A stretch of 32,000 nucleotides of DNA from Acaryochloris marina MBIC11017. Lineage in GTDB: Bacteria > Cyanobacteriota > Cyanobacteriia > Thermosynechococcales > Thermosynechococcaceae. The notes under the pieces are model-generated. The model saw only the letters and a program-made list of their open reading frames with translations. It did not search any database and was not told the origin of the DNA. The position numbers and the translations under genes are program-made. The DNA lies in assembly GCF_000018105.1 (NCBI RefSeq), contig NC_009925.1, positions 4,740,001 to 4,772,000 of the forward strand, given 5' to 3'. Of the stretch, positions 1-7,814 are shown piece after piece (positions within the stretch are counted from its first letter, which is position 1; the number at the start of each line of letters is the position of its first letter).

Positions 1-1
1 A

Positions 2-127
2 GCCCATATCTCTGGCAAGATTCGGCGGAACTATATTAAAATTTTGCCCGGTGATCGTGTCAAGGTAGAGCTGACTCCCTACGATTTGACCAAAGGGCGG
101 ATCACCTACCGCTTGCGCAAAAAGTAA
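2..127 (+). CDS. infA: Translation initiation factor IF-1, C-terminal 41 codons (5' end lies outside the window)
   Basis: Frame 2 reads [41 protein letters not shown] then TAA at 125-127. This is the highly conserved C-terminus of bacterial IF-1. It is absent from the ORF track because it has no start codon in the window. Confidence 0.9.
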
Positions 128-164
128 CTCAACGACCCCAGGTACATTGCTCAAGATGCATTTG

Positions 165-180
165 AGTTGCGATCGCAACT
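165..180. repeat. 16-bp perfect palindrome AGTTGCGATCGCAACT centred on a HIP1 octamer (GCGATCGC, 169-176), downstream of infA
   Basis: Read directly: the sequence equals its own reverse complement. HIP1 is the highly iterated palindrome characteristic of many cyanobacterial genomes. Confidence 0.9.
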
Positions 181-192
181 TTATCCATTGCT

Positions 193-951
193 ATGGTGTC
201 CACTGATACCCTGAAAGCGCAGCTACAAGACGGCGTTTTATCTTCGGTTGAGTATCGTATTGTCGCTCCCCTTGATTTACTCGATGCCCCCAACTCCAAA
301 GCTTTAGCAACCCAGGCTTGGCCAGGGCGTCATTTGACGTTTGGTTTGACCGACCTCCCCCAACCCGGGCAAGCCCTTTCGGTTCGCCTTTGCGAAGATG
401 ACTATCCTGGCTGGATTCGTCATGAAGCTCTCACGGCCCTCGAACCGGCAGCCCAGTCCTATCAAGCATCGTCTCTCACCCGCGATCAAATCTCGGCTCG
501 CCTGCAATATGTCATTGCCTTTATGCTGGCAGCCATGGACCAACCCAATCAGTATTTATGGGGAGGCACCCTTGGTCCTAACTTTGACTGCTCAGGGCTA
601 ATGCAGCGTGCATTTGCCGAACAATGTATTTGGCTACCCCGCGATGCCTATCAACAGGAAGCATTTACCCAAACGTTAACGAACCCAGGATCTGAAATCC
701 AAGACTTTACCCAGATTTTGGAAACGGGCGATTTAGTCTTCTTTGGTCCCATCGAGAAGGCCAATCATGTGGCCTTGTACCTGGGCGACGGCAAATATAT
801 ACATAGTTCTGGTACGGATCAAGGCCGCAATGGCATCGGCATTGACTTCATTTCCCCTTCTGGAGATGCTGTCACCGAAGCTTATTATGGCCAGATCCAT
901 GGTGCTGGTCGGATCATCGAGAGCTATCAGCCCCAAACACAATCTTTCTAA
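193..951 (+). CDS. NlpC/P60 (C40) family cell-wall peptidase with an N-terminal SH3-like region
   Basis: The 252-aa ORF carries the catalytic Cys motif NFDCSGLMQRAF and the downstream His region GDLVFFG...NHVALYLGDGKYIHSSG, both typical of NlpC/P60 hydrolases. Confidence 0.85.
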   Translation: MVSTDTLKAQLQDGVLSSVEYRIVAPLDLLDAPNSKALATQAWPGRHLTFGLTDLPQPGQALSVRLCEDDYPGWIRHEALTALEPAAQSYQASSLTRDQISARLQYVIAFMLAAMDQPNQYLWGGTLGPNFDCSGLMQRAFAEQCIWLPRDAYQQEAFTQTLTNPGSEIQDFTQILETGDLVFFGPIEKANHVALYLGDGKYIHSSGTDQGRNGIGIDFISPSGDAVTEAYYGQIHGAGRIIESYQPQTQSF

Positions 952-1065
952 ACCTATTTCTGGCAGAAACCCAGGGTATCTGTCTAACCGTCGATATTTT
1001 TTGATAGGTCATCCCATCTATCTGGGTTCAATAAAGACATCAGCATTTAGAGGTCATGGGCTGGG

Positions 1066-2952
1066 ATGTCTCCCACTCGATATCGCATTTTAGGGCAGGT
1101 TGGACAAGGACAATTTGGTCGAGTGCTTTGTGCACGCGATCGCAACACCGGATCATTAGTAGCCCTCAAGGTACTCAATAAACGAGAACTTCCAACTCGC
1201 TTTTTTCTACGAGAGTTGCGGTTACTCGCTAGTTTGCAGCATCCCAACATTGTCTCTGTGCAGACGATTACCTATACCGCCAAAGAACGATATCTGGTGA
1301 TGGACTATTGCGAAGGCGGTACCTTACGTGAATTAATACAACATCCCGTTCATCTCAGCTTTCAGCAACGGTTGCAGATCATTATTGATGTGCTCAAAGG
1401 GTTGGAATATGCCCACCAGAACGACATCATTCACTGCGACCTCAAACCGGAAAATATCTTACTCACCTATACCAAGCAGGGGACAACCGCTAGAATCACC
1501 GATTTTGGTATTGCTCGGTTAGCCGAAGAAGCGGGATATGGAGTCTTGGGTCAAGGGGACACTGGGTCTCCCGCCTATATGGCACCCGAACGTTTTTATA
1601 GTCAACATTCCTACGCCTCGGATCTCTATGCGGTTGGCGTGATGCTGTATGAACTATTGGTGGATAAGCGTCCCTTTATCGGCCTCCCGGGCGAACTGAT
1701 GACCGCCCATCTCAATGAAGTTGCTCAAATTCCCCAGGAAGTTCCTTTTCTCCTCCGTTCAGTCTTAAAAACGGCCCTACAAAAGCTCCCTCAGAAACGC
1801 TTTAAGAGTGCGACGGAAATGCTCAAGGCCGTCTCCCTGGCTGCAGATATTTTAGCGTCGGAAGATTCCAACTACACCCTTGCACCGAGTCAACAATGGC
1901 CAGAGCACTCGTGTCATCTCAATCTTCAACAAGAGCAATATCCGAGTCCCATCCACTGTATACATATACAGGACCATCAAGTTTACCTAGGCAGCCACAA
2001 CAAAGTGATTTGCCGATCCTATGCCGCCGATTTTCCAGCACCTGGACCGTTTCAAGAGCAGCAGTGGCAGTTCGCATTACCGGTCAAGGACTTATTATGG
2101 GGAGGGAGCCAAGCCTGGGTCCGTACCATCCAGGGCAACACCTTTAAGCAGCCCTCTCGCCTACATCCCTTATCCCTTGAGAATACGCCAGACTCCCAAC
2201 CCTGCGATCTACCTACGGTCGAAAATCTCTCCGGTATTGATTGGAGACAGAATAACAAAATTGGTTGGCGACCCGAACAGAACTGGCTAGCTATTACCTG
2301 TGGCCAGCAGTCTTTTGAAGCTGTTCAAGGAGCTGAGCTAGGCGGTCAAGCTCTCTTACAAATATATCAATGGCCCCAGATGCAGCCCATCCACCAGCCT
2401 GCTCTCATTCGTAAACCCAACTGGCTATTTGTATTGGACTCCCATTTTGGTGTCGCCATTTCTGTAGATGAAGATCAAAGTCATTTTCAGGGGTTTACTC
2501 GCAGAGGTAATGGCTTCCAACCCTTTTCGATGCCCATCCCGCTGCAACAAATGACTCAAAGCGTTGCCAATCCCTATCGATTGTTAGCTGTCAGTCAACA
2601 TGACCCTCAGATGGCCTTCTTAATTGATTTAAAGCCCTGGCGACTGACGAAAATATCTTTAGCTCTGCAACCGGAACAGATTCTTCCCACCGCTTGGGGA
2701 TACGTTTTATTGGCAACTCATCAAGTTCTTATCCTGAGTCATGAGGGCCATCCATTAAGCCACTTCCAGTTACCGACAAACCCCAGCGAGAAGATCGCGG
2801 TTTGCGCCTGTGCGGAGCAAGGATTTATGGTTAGCACTTGGTTAGATCAATCCGCAACCCTGTATACCGTTGATGTGCGTTCACATCTCCCAGAATGGTG
2901 TCGACAGACTCAACTCGATTCTCAAGCAACGACTCACCATAAAACAGCCTGA
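1066..2952 (+). CDS. Hanks-type Ser/Thr protein kinase with a roughly 350-aa uncharacterised C-terminal domain
   Basis: Kinase motifs present: Gly-rich loop GQGQFGRV, catalytic Lys in VALKVL, catalytic loop HCDLKPENILL, DFG, and SPAYMAPE. The C-terminal half has no TM segment and no motif I recognise. Confidence 0.9.
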   Translation: MSPTRYRILGQVGQGQFGRVLCARDRNTGSLVALKVLNKRELPTRFFLRELRLLASLQHPNIVSVQTITYTAKERYLVMDYCEGGTLRELIQHPVHLSFQQRLQIIIDVLKGLEYAHQNDIIHCDLKPENILLTYTKQGTTARITDFGIARLAEEAGYGVLGQGDTGSPAYMAPERFYSQHSYASDLYAVGVMLYELLVDKRPFIGLPGELMTAHLNEVAQIPQEVPFLLRSVLKTALQKLPQKRFKSATEMLKAVSLAADILASEDSNYTLAPSQQWPEHSCHLNLQQEQYPSPIHCIHIQDHQVYLGSHNKVICRSYAADFPAPGPFQEQQWQFALPVKDLLWGGSQAWVRTIQGNTFKQPSRLHPLSLENTPDSQPCDLPTVENLSGIDWRQNNKIGWRPEQNWLAITCGQQSFEAVQGAELGGQALLQIYQWPQMQPIHQPALIRKPNWLFVLDSHFGVAISVDEDQSHFQGFTRRGNGFQPFSMPIPLQQMTQSVANPYRLLAVSQHDPQMAFLIDLKPWRLTKISLALQPEQILPTAWGYVLLATHQVLILSHEGHPLSHFQLPTNPSEKIAVCACAEQGFMVSTWLDQSATLYTVDVRSHLPEWCRQTQLDSQATTHHKTA

Positions 2953-4137
2953 ACCGGAACGCCCTCTAGCAGCAAGAAAAGCACAGCATAGGGTAACAGC
3001 ATAGGTCTGGTCACAAGAGGTGCTGGCGAATCTGCGTGAACGGCATGATGTATTGCGATTTGCCGAAAAGCATGGACTTTAGGTCTCCTCAAGGCTAGGG
3101 TTAATCGACCAGGCTTTAACTATCGCTTTGGCTCCAGTCAGTTAAGGTTGGGATTAATTCTAACTGGCGATAGCTGGATGCGATCGTTTAAGGAACCACT
3201 GCTCAATCAACCTGAGCGTTCCGGGGGCCTTAGCCTAAATGGTGTTGGACTGAACGCCGATCCTGTACAGCTTAAAGGGCTAACAGTTTTACACCAAGTA
3301 ACCGGACCTTTGATGCAGGGTGCTCATCAACCCTCAGGAATCCAGGCTGGGAACATCCACCGAAGTGTACCCATAACCATCCATAAACCCTACATAAAAT
3401 CCTGCTAGCTTCTAAAGCATAATCAAGGTCTATCGTTCTTACTGCTTCAACATAACTAGAACCTCTAACCCCCTCCATTGACGGTCAATAAAAGCATGGA
3501 GCGCTCCAAACTGTAACAAAAGCTACAATCCTCTCCCTAAGCCAGTCATAGAGATTTATATATGGATGCAGGTACCATTAGCATCCGTATTATTACTGAG
3601 TGATTTATTTTTTCTATCCAAGGATTCAAATGTTTATGGGTGCTATTGAAGGGGTAACAAACTTTCTCTGTATAAATACGTAATCCAGAATTATAGCTTA
3701 TTTAAAAAAGTAAGAATAAAGCTATTTAACCCTTGATTATTTAATTAGTTGAAAATGCGAATATATATAAATATTGCATGAAATTAATTCTTGAAAGTCC
3801 TTTTGAGTAAAGGCATTAAGAGGATTAATGGCGTAGATATATTTTACAAAATATTCTCATAAAATCTTTTTTGCTCAGGTAGGATAGTTTTTGATTATTA
3901 AGTGAGTGAATGTAATCAAACTGCTCGAATCACTGTCCAGAATTAGGTGTCATCCCGGATTTCAAAAAGGGCATACTAAACCTAGACTGATAAATAAGTT
4001 AATAAAACCTGGGTGCACTGATAATTCTGTACGGCGTTGCTTCCAACCCAAAAACAGGCTTTCAAGGAAAGGATTAGTCGCCACTATCAGCTCACTGGCT
4101 TATGCTCTTAATCTTAAAAATCTCACCTAGAGATGAA

Positions 4138-4255
4138 GGCAGAGAATGAGCCATTAGCCCTGAGTTTTGAGGATCCAGCTCAAAACAACAGGATATCGAC
4201 CCAGCCTTAGGCGGGGCAATCACAGCTCATCTCTGCCGGAAGATGCCTATCTTCC
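4138..4255 (+). promoter_or_regulatory. Structured 5' leader candidate upstream of the 4292 gene (nested stem-loops)
   Basis: Outer pairing: GGCAGAGAATGAGC (4138-4151) with GCTCATCTCTGCC (4225-4237), 13 bp with a 1-nt bulge. Inner hairpin: GTTTTGAG (4164-4171) with CTCAAAAC (4179-4186). Adjacent hairpin: GGAAGAT (4238-4244) with ATCTTCC (4249-4255). The element ends 36 nt before the ATG at 4292. No transcript evidence. Confidence 0.3.
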
Positions 4256-4291
4256 TATTGTCCATTACCAAGAACTCAAAGACGACATCAT

Positions 4292-6907
4292 ATGACTCAA
4301 GATACACCAAAGTCCCCTAGACGACCACGGAAGATTGGCCCTGCCGCCATTGCAGCCTTATTGGCAAGTGGTCTTTTCCAACCTCTTCTTCCCGCCTTTG
4401 CCGCTGGAACAGCTGCTGGCCAACAAATCAGTAACACGGCCACTGCAACCTATTCAGAAACGAGTGGTGGACCTACTATCGATGCCACATCAAATACTGT
4501 TACCGTCACCGTTGCAGAAGTTGCTGGTGTGACTGCAACTCCTGCCGGTTTCACTGATACAGATGGTGGTGCGGTTGAGTCAGGTGACTTTTTATACTTC
4601 GACTTCGATGTTACCAACATTGGAAACACGCTTACAGATATCCATATTCCTTCAACGGTTACCCCTGAGAACTTTACCCTCACACCAGATCCCGCTCTAA
4701 ATGCAACCGCATCAATTCTGGTCGATATCGGTGATGGGAATGGATTTGTTCCTTTGAGTGGCTTCCCCGGTGGAGTAATTCCCGACGTTGCGGTAGATGA
4801 CACGATCCAAGTCAGGGTTGTAGGTACTCCCGCTGCTGGCACATCTGCAGGTGCCGATGTCGGCGTTACCTTGGGTAGCACTGGTCCTGACAACAATGGT
4901 CCTACCACCCAGAACCAACCCGACCTCCCAGATGGAGCCAATCCCAACGAAATTCGCACCGAGGACGCTGACCCCGGTAACGGTGCTCCAGTTAACGGCG
5001 AGCGAGAAGCGAGTGCTACGAACAGTATTGAATTTGCCAGTTCCGTCCGTCCCTTAGCCTTGGCTACTGTCACCAAAATTGCCTCTAACCTGGCTCCTGG
5101 ACCAACGGCTGCTGCCAATGACGATGAGATTACCTATGACTTAGGTCTAACGGTAGAAAGTTCTTCTCCTAATGCTGCTTTCACACCAGCTGATCTAGAA
5201 GGTACAAATATTAGTGTTAATGGGTCAGTCGCTCCTCAGATCTTAGTGTCTGATGCGATTCCAGCTGGTACTGTGCTTTCAACAACTACTCTCCCTAGTG
5301 CTCCTGCTGGTTGGACTGTTGTATATACCGAAACAGCACTTACTACCACAGCAACTAACGCCCTATGGACAACTACCCTTCCAGCAACTCCCACTCGAAT
5401 TGGTTTTATCCATAACGATCCAGGGTTAAGTGATACAAACCCACAGGTACTCCGGACAGATCCAGTACAGGGACCTTTTCAGTTCACAGTAGTCACCTCT
5501 GGCTTACCAGCTACAGGTGGACAGATTGCTAACATTGCCCAGGTATTTGGTGAAACAGTCGGCGATCCTGACAATGAAGTTATTTACGATGAGTCTGGCG
5601 ACAGCAATCCCAACAACTTCAACGACGATGGTACACCACCGGATCCAACGGGTACTAATTATGACCCAACCGCTAATACTGGGGATACCGGTGTTGCAGA
5701 CCCTGTAACCCAAGGAACGGATACTGGCAACAACAACACGGGTACTGGTCCAGATGGTGAAGACAACGTGGTCAATATTGGCGACGCTGCGGGGAGTGAC
5801 GATATCCTTAATGGTCCGAATACGGTCCCTGGCGCTGTCGGTCCCACGGACGATAACGATGACTTCACCAACCAGACCACGGATGTTCCTGCTGGGGTTG
5901 GTCCAACTGATATCTTTGACCCCGCACCTGAAACCTTTAACAATACGATTCAGAATCCTGCTAGCTCTGGATTTATTTCAAATGTGACTTTACAACCTAT
6001 TTCTCCCACCCAGGCAGAATCCACGGATGATAGTGCATTAACAGGTCAATATGGCGCTAACAGCGATATTCCTACTGGTACAACGGTTACGATTACTGCG
6101 ACCGACGATGCTGGTGTTGTTCAGTCTGCTACATATACTTATAACGGTACAACCTTTGACCTGACCGGTAGCAGTACTAATGGTACTCCTGAGACTGCAG
6201 GTAACTTCAAACATGTTAATGTCGGTGACTTAAATGCAGGGCAGACCTTAAATTACACAACAGTCGTTGATTTACCTGATGGTAGCGCAGCAGGTACTGC
6301 TGATGATGTTGTCCCGAATGATGAGATTCCTGTTCCCATCCTGGCTTTTGCGGATGATGATCCTAGTGGCTCTCCTGGATATAACTTTGCCACTGGTACC
6401 CCTGAATCAACTACTAACATCACTCTTGATCGCCTCTATACCGGCTTTATGCGGTTGACTAAGGAAGTACAGATTCTGGATGAGAACGGTGTGCTTATCC
6501 AACCTTGGACTTCTGACCAACCCACCATTGATGGAGTTGATGTCCTTCCTAATTACCAAATCGAGTACCGGATTACCTACGAAAATATTTCGACTAATGT
6601 TGTCGGTAGTGGCAATACCACCCTAACCGCCTTTGACTTCGAAATTGTTGAAGATGGTAATCCTGTTGTCAACGCTGGCACTGGTGAGCAGAACGTCAAC
6701 AATAACTGGGCGTCCTTTACTGACCACGAACAAAACACCAGCGCTGACCAAGGCATAGTGGAATATTTCACCAATAGCACTGACGGAACTCCTTTAACCA
6801 CTTCAGACCCCATTGCTGGAACCAAAGTGGACAAGTATGAGAACCCCGTTGGTCAGGTCGATCCTGGCCAAACTGGTCAGTTCCAGTTCCGCCGCCGCAT
6901 CCAGTAA
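4292..6907 (+). CDS. Secreted DUF11-like repeat protein, candidate major surface or fibre subunit (871 aa, Cys-free, acidic, Thr/Asn/Gly/Asp/Pro-rich)
   Basis: Signal peptide: PRRPRKIGPAAIAALLASGLFQPLLPAFA followed by AGT. DUF11-like strand motifs: ISNTATATYS, SNTVTVTVAEVAG, DEITYDLGLTV, NYQIEYRITYENIS. DUF11-typical acidic linker: VIYDESGDSNPNNFNDDGTPPDPTG. The product has no cysteine and only 2 Met. Confidence 0.8.
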   Translation: MTQDTPKSPRRPRKIGPAAIAALLASGLFQPLLPAFAAGTAAGQQISNTATATYSETSGGPTIDATSNTVTVTVAEVAGVTATPAGFTDTDGGAVESGDFLYFDFDVTNIGNTLTDIHIPSTVTPENFTLTPDPALNATASILVDIGDGNGFVPLSGFPGGVIPDVAVDDTIQVRVVGTPAAGTSAGADVGVTLGSTGPDNNGPTTQNQPDLPDGANPNEIRTEDADPGNGAPVNGEREASATNSIEFASSVRPLALATVTKIASNLAPGPTAAANDDEITYDLGLTVESSSPNAAFTPADLEGTNISVNGSVAPQILVSDAIPAGTVLSTTTLPSAPAGWTVVYTETALTTTATNALWTTTLPATPTRIGFIHNDPGLSDTNPQVLRTDPVQGPFQFTVVTSGLPATGGQIANIAQVFGETVGDPDNEVIYDESGDSNPNNFNDDGTPPDPTGTNYDPTANTGDTGVADPVTQGTDTGNNNTGTGPDGEDNVVNIGDAAGSDDILNGPNTVPGAVGPTDDNDDFTNQTTDVPAGVGPTDIFDPAPETFNNTIQNPASSGFISNVTLQPISPTQAESTDDSALTGQYGANSDIPTGTTVTITATDDAGVVQSATYTYNGTTFDLTGSSTNGTPETAGNFKHVNVGDLNAGQTLNYTTVVDLPDGSAAGTADDVVPNDEIPVPILAFADDDPSGSPGYNFATGTPESTTNITLDRLYTGFMRLTKEVQILDENGVLIQPWTSDQPTIDGVDVLPNYQIEYRITYENISTNVVGSGNTTLTAFDFEIVEDGNPVVNAGTGEQNVNNNWASFTDHEQNTSADQGIVEYFTNSTDGTPLTTSDPIAGTKVDKYENPVGQVDPGQTGQFQFRRRIQ

Positions 6908-6913
6908 TCTGCT

Positions 6914-6950
6914 GCGTCAGGAAGTAGAAGCTATCTTCACTTCCTGACGC
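6914..6950 (+). terminator. Stem-loop 7 nt after the stop of the 4292 gene; possible partial terminator or attenuator
   Basis: GCGTCAGGAAGT (6914-6925) pairs perfectly with ACTTCCTGACGC (6939-6950), a 12-bp stem with a 13-nt loop. It is followed by TTATCGC, which is only a weak U-tract. Confidence 0.45.
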
Positions 6951-7011
6951 TTATCGCAGTCACACCAATTTTCTTAAAGCATTTTTTCTGAATTCAAAAG
7001 GTTTTCTCATC

Positions 7012-7572
7012 ATGAAACGTCGTCTATCCATCGGTCTCGGTGTCTTAGCAGTTGCCGTAGCCGTTCCTTTCGCTAGCAGCACCCCTGTTCTTGCTAACTT
7101 GCAAAAAGCAGGCGAAGCCCTCGTCCAGCAAATTCTTCAGCCCAAGGTAAAGATGGTGCTCTCTGCCGAGAAGCAAATCGTTACCACTAACCCTGAGGGT
7201 GAGCAGGAAATTTCCTGGGAAGCCGTTGAAGGCAATGTTACTGTTCGCCCTGGTGATGTCCTCCGCTACACCTTGCTTAGCGAGAATGCTGGAGACAAGC
7301 CTGCTGCTGAGTTGAAAATCAACCAGCCTATTCCGACCAAGACAGCTTTTGTTTTGGATTCTGCCCGAGCCAATGGTGCCAAGCTCACCTACAGCATTGA
7401 CGGTGGCCAGTCCTATTCTGAAAAGCCCATGGTTGAAGTCACTCAGCCTGACGGCACATTCAAAATGGAACCCGCCCCGGCTGAAGCTTACACCCATGTT
7501 CAGTGGGATTACAGCGAATCCCTCAAGCCCATGGCTTCTGTTAAAGCGGTTTACGAAGTAGCGGTTCAGTAA
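7012..7572 (+). CDS. Small secreted single-domain DUF11 (conserved repeat domain) protein, 186 aa
   Basis: Signal peptide: MKRRLSIGLGVLAVAVAVPFASSTPVLA. DUF11 core: VTVRPGDVLRYTLLSENAGDKPAAELKINQPIPTKTAFVLDS...LTYSIDGG. No Cys. Confidence 0.8.
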   Translation: MKRRLSIGLGVLAVAVAVPFASSTPVLANLQKAGEALVQQILQPKVKMVLSAEKQIVTTNPEGEQEISWEAVEGNVTVRPGDVLRYTLLSENAGDKPAAELKINQPIPTKTAFVLDSARANGAKLTYSIDGGQSYSEKPMVEVTQPDGTFKMEPAPAEAYTHVQWDYSESLKPMASVKAVYEVAVQ

Positions 7573-7579
7573 TGGACTG

Positions 7580-7626
7580 AGAGCTATGGGTGAAACCAAC
7601 TCTCTTTTCGGCTCACCCATAGCTCT
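7580..7626 (+). terminator. 14-bp perfect stem-loop just after the 7012 gene (terminator, processing or stability element)
   Basis: AGAGCTATGGGTGA (7580-7593) pairs with TCACCCATAGCTCT (7613-7626), with a 19-nt loop. No U-tract follows, so intrinsic termination is uncertain. Confidence 0.3.
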
Positions 7627-7814
7627 ACTATCACCGCCTTAAATTTAATTTCCCTTCGGGAAAATAGCATTCTTCAGGCTCAATTCGCAGCCTGATAGGG
7701 ATCTTATGCCCAAAAATACTTCTTTTACACCCATTTGAACCTGAAAAACACTGTTTTTCAACCTTGTGAAAGAGTCAGCGATTCTATCCGATTGTTCCAG
7801 AGGAGATATCTCCC

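Noticed and set aside
3024-3080. Short frame reading ...VLANLRERHDVLRFAEKHGL-stop, which looks like the tail of a protein (gene fragment?)
   Set aside because: Only about 20 codons are open, with a stop immediately upstream. That is too short to assign to any family without a database search.
3148-3478. Two mutually overlapping ORFs (3148-3408 +, 3272-3478 -) in the long intergenic gap
   Set aside because: They exclude each other, have no ribosome-binding context or family motifs that I recognise, and show atypical composition. I treat the region as non-coding (see finding). A degraded gene remnant cannot be excluded.
3906-4130. 74-aa ORF in the AT-rich spacer
   Set aside because: It is Lys/Asn/Leu-rich as expected from translating AT-rich DNA. 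It has no motifs and begins with a non-ATG codon in the track. It is probably spurious.
4450-5118. 222-aa ORF on the minus strand, antisense to the 4292 gene
   Set aside because: It is entirely embedded opposite a gene with a signal peptide and DUF11 motifs. Its translation is low-complexity (Pro/Ser/Gly/Val/Thr runs) mirroring the sense-strand codon bias, and it has no motifs. It is a typical shadow ORF.
7045-7620. 191-aa minus-strand ORF almost exactly co-extensive with the 186-aa + strand gene at 7012-7572
   Set aside because: Only the + strand product has a signal peptide and a clear DUF11 core. The minus-strand start lies inside the 14-bp terminator-like hairpin, and its sequence has no recognisable features.
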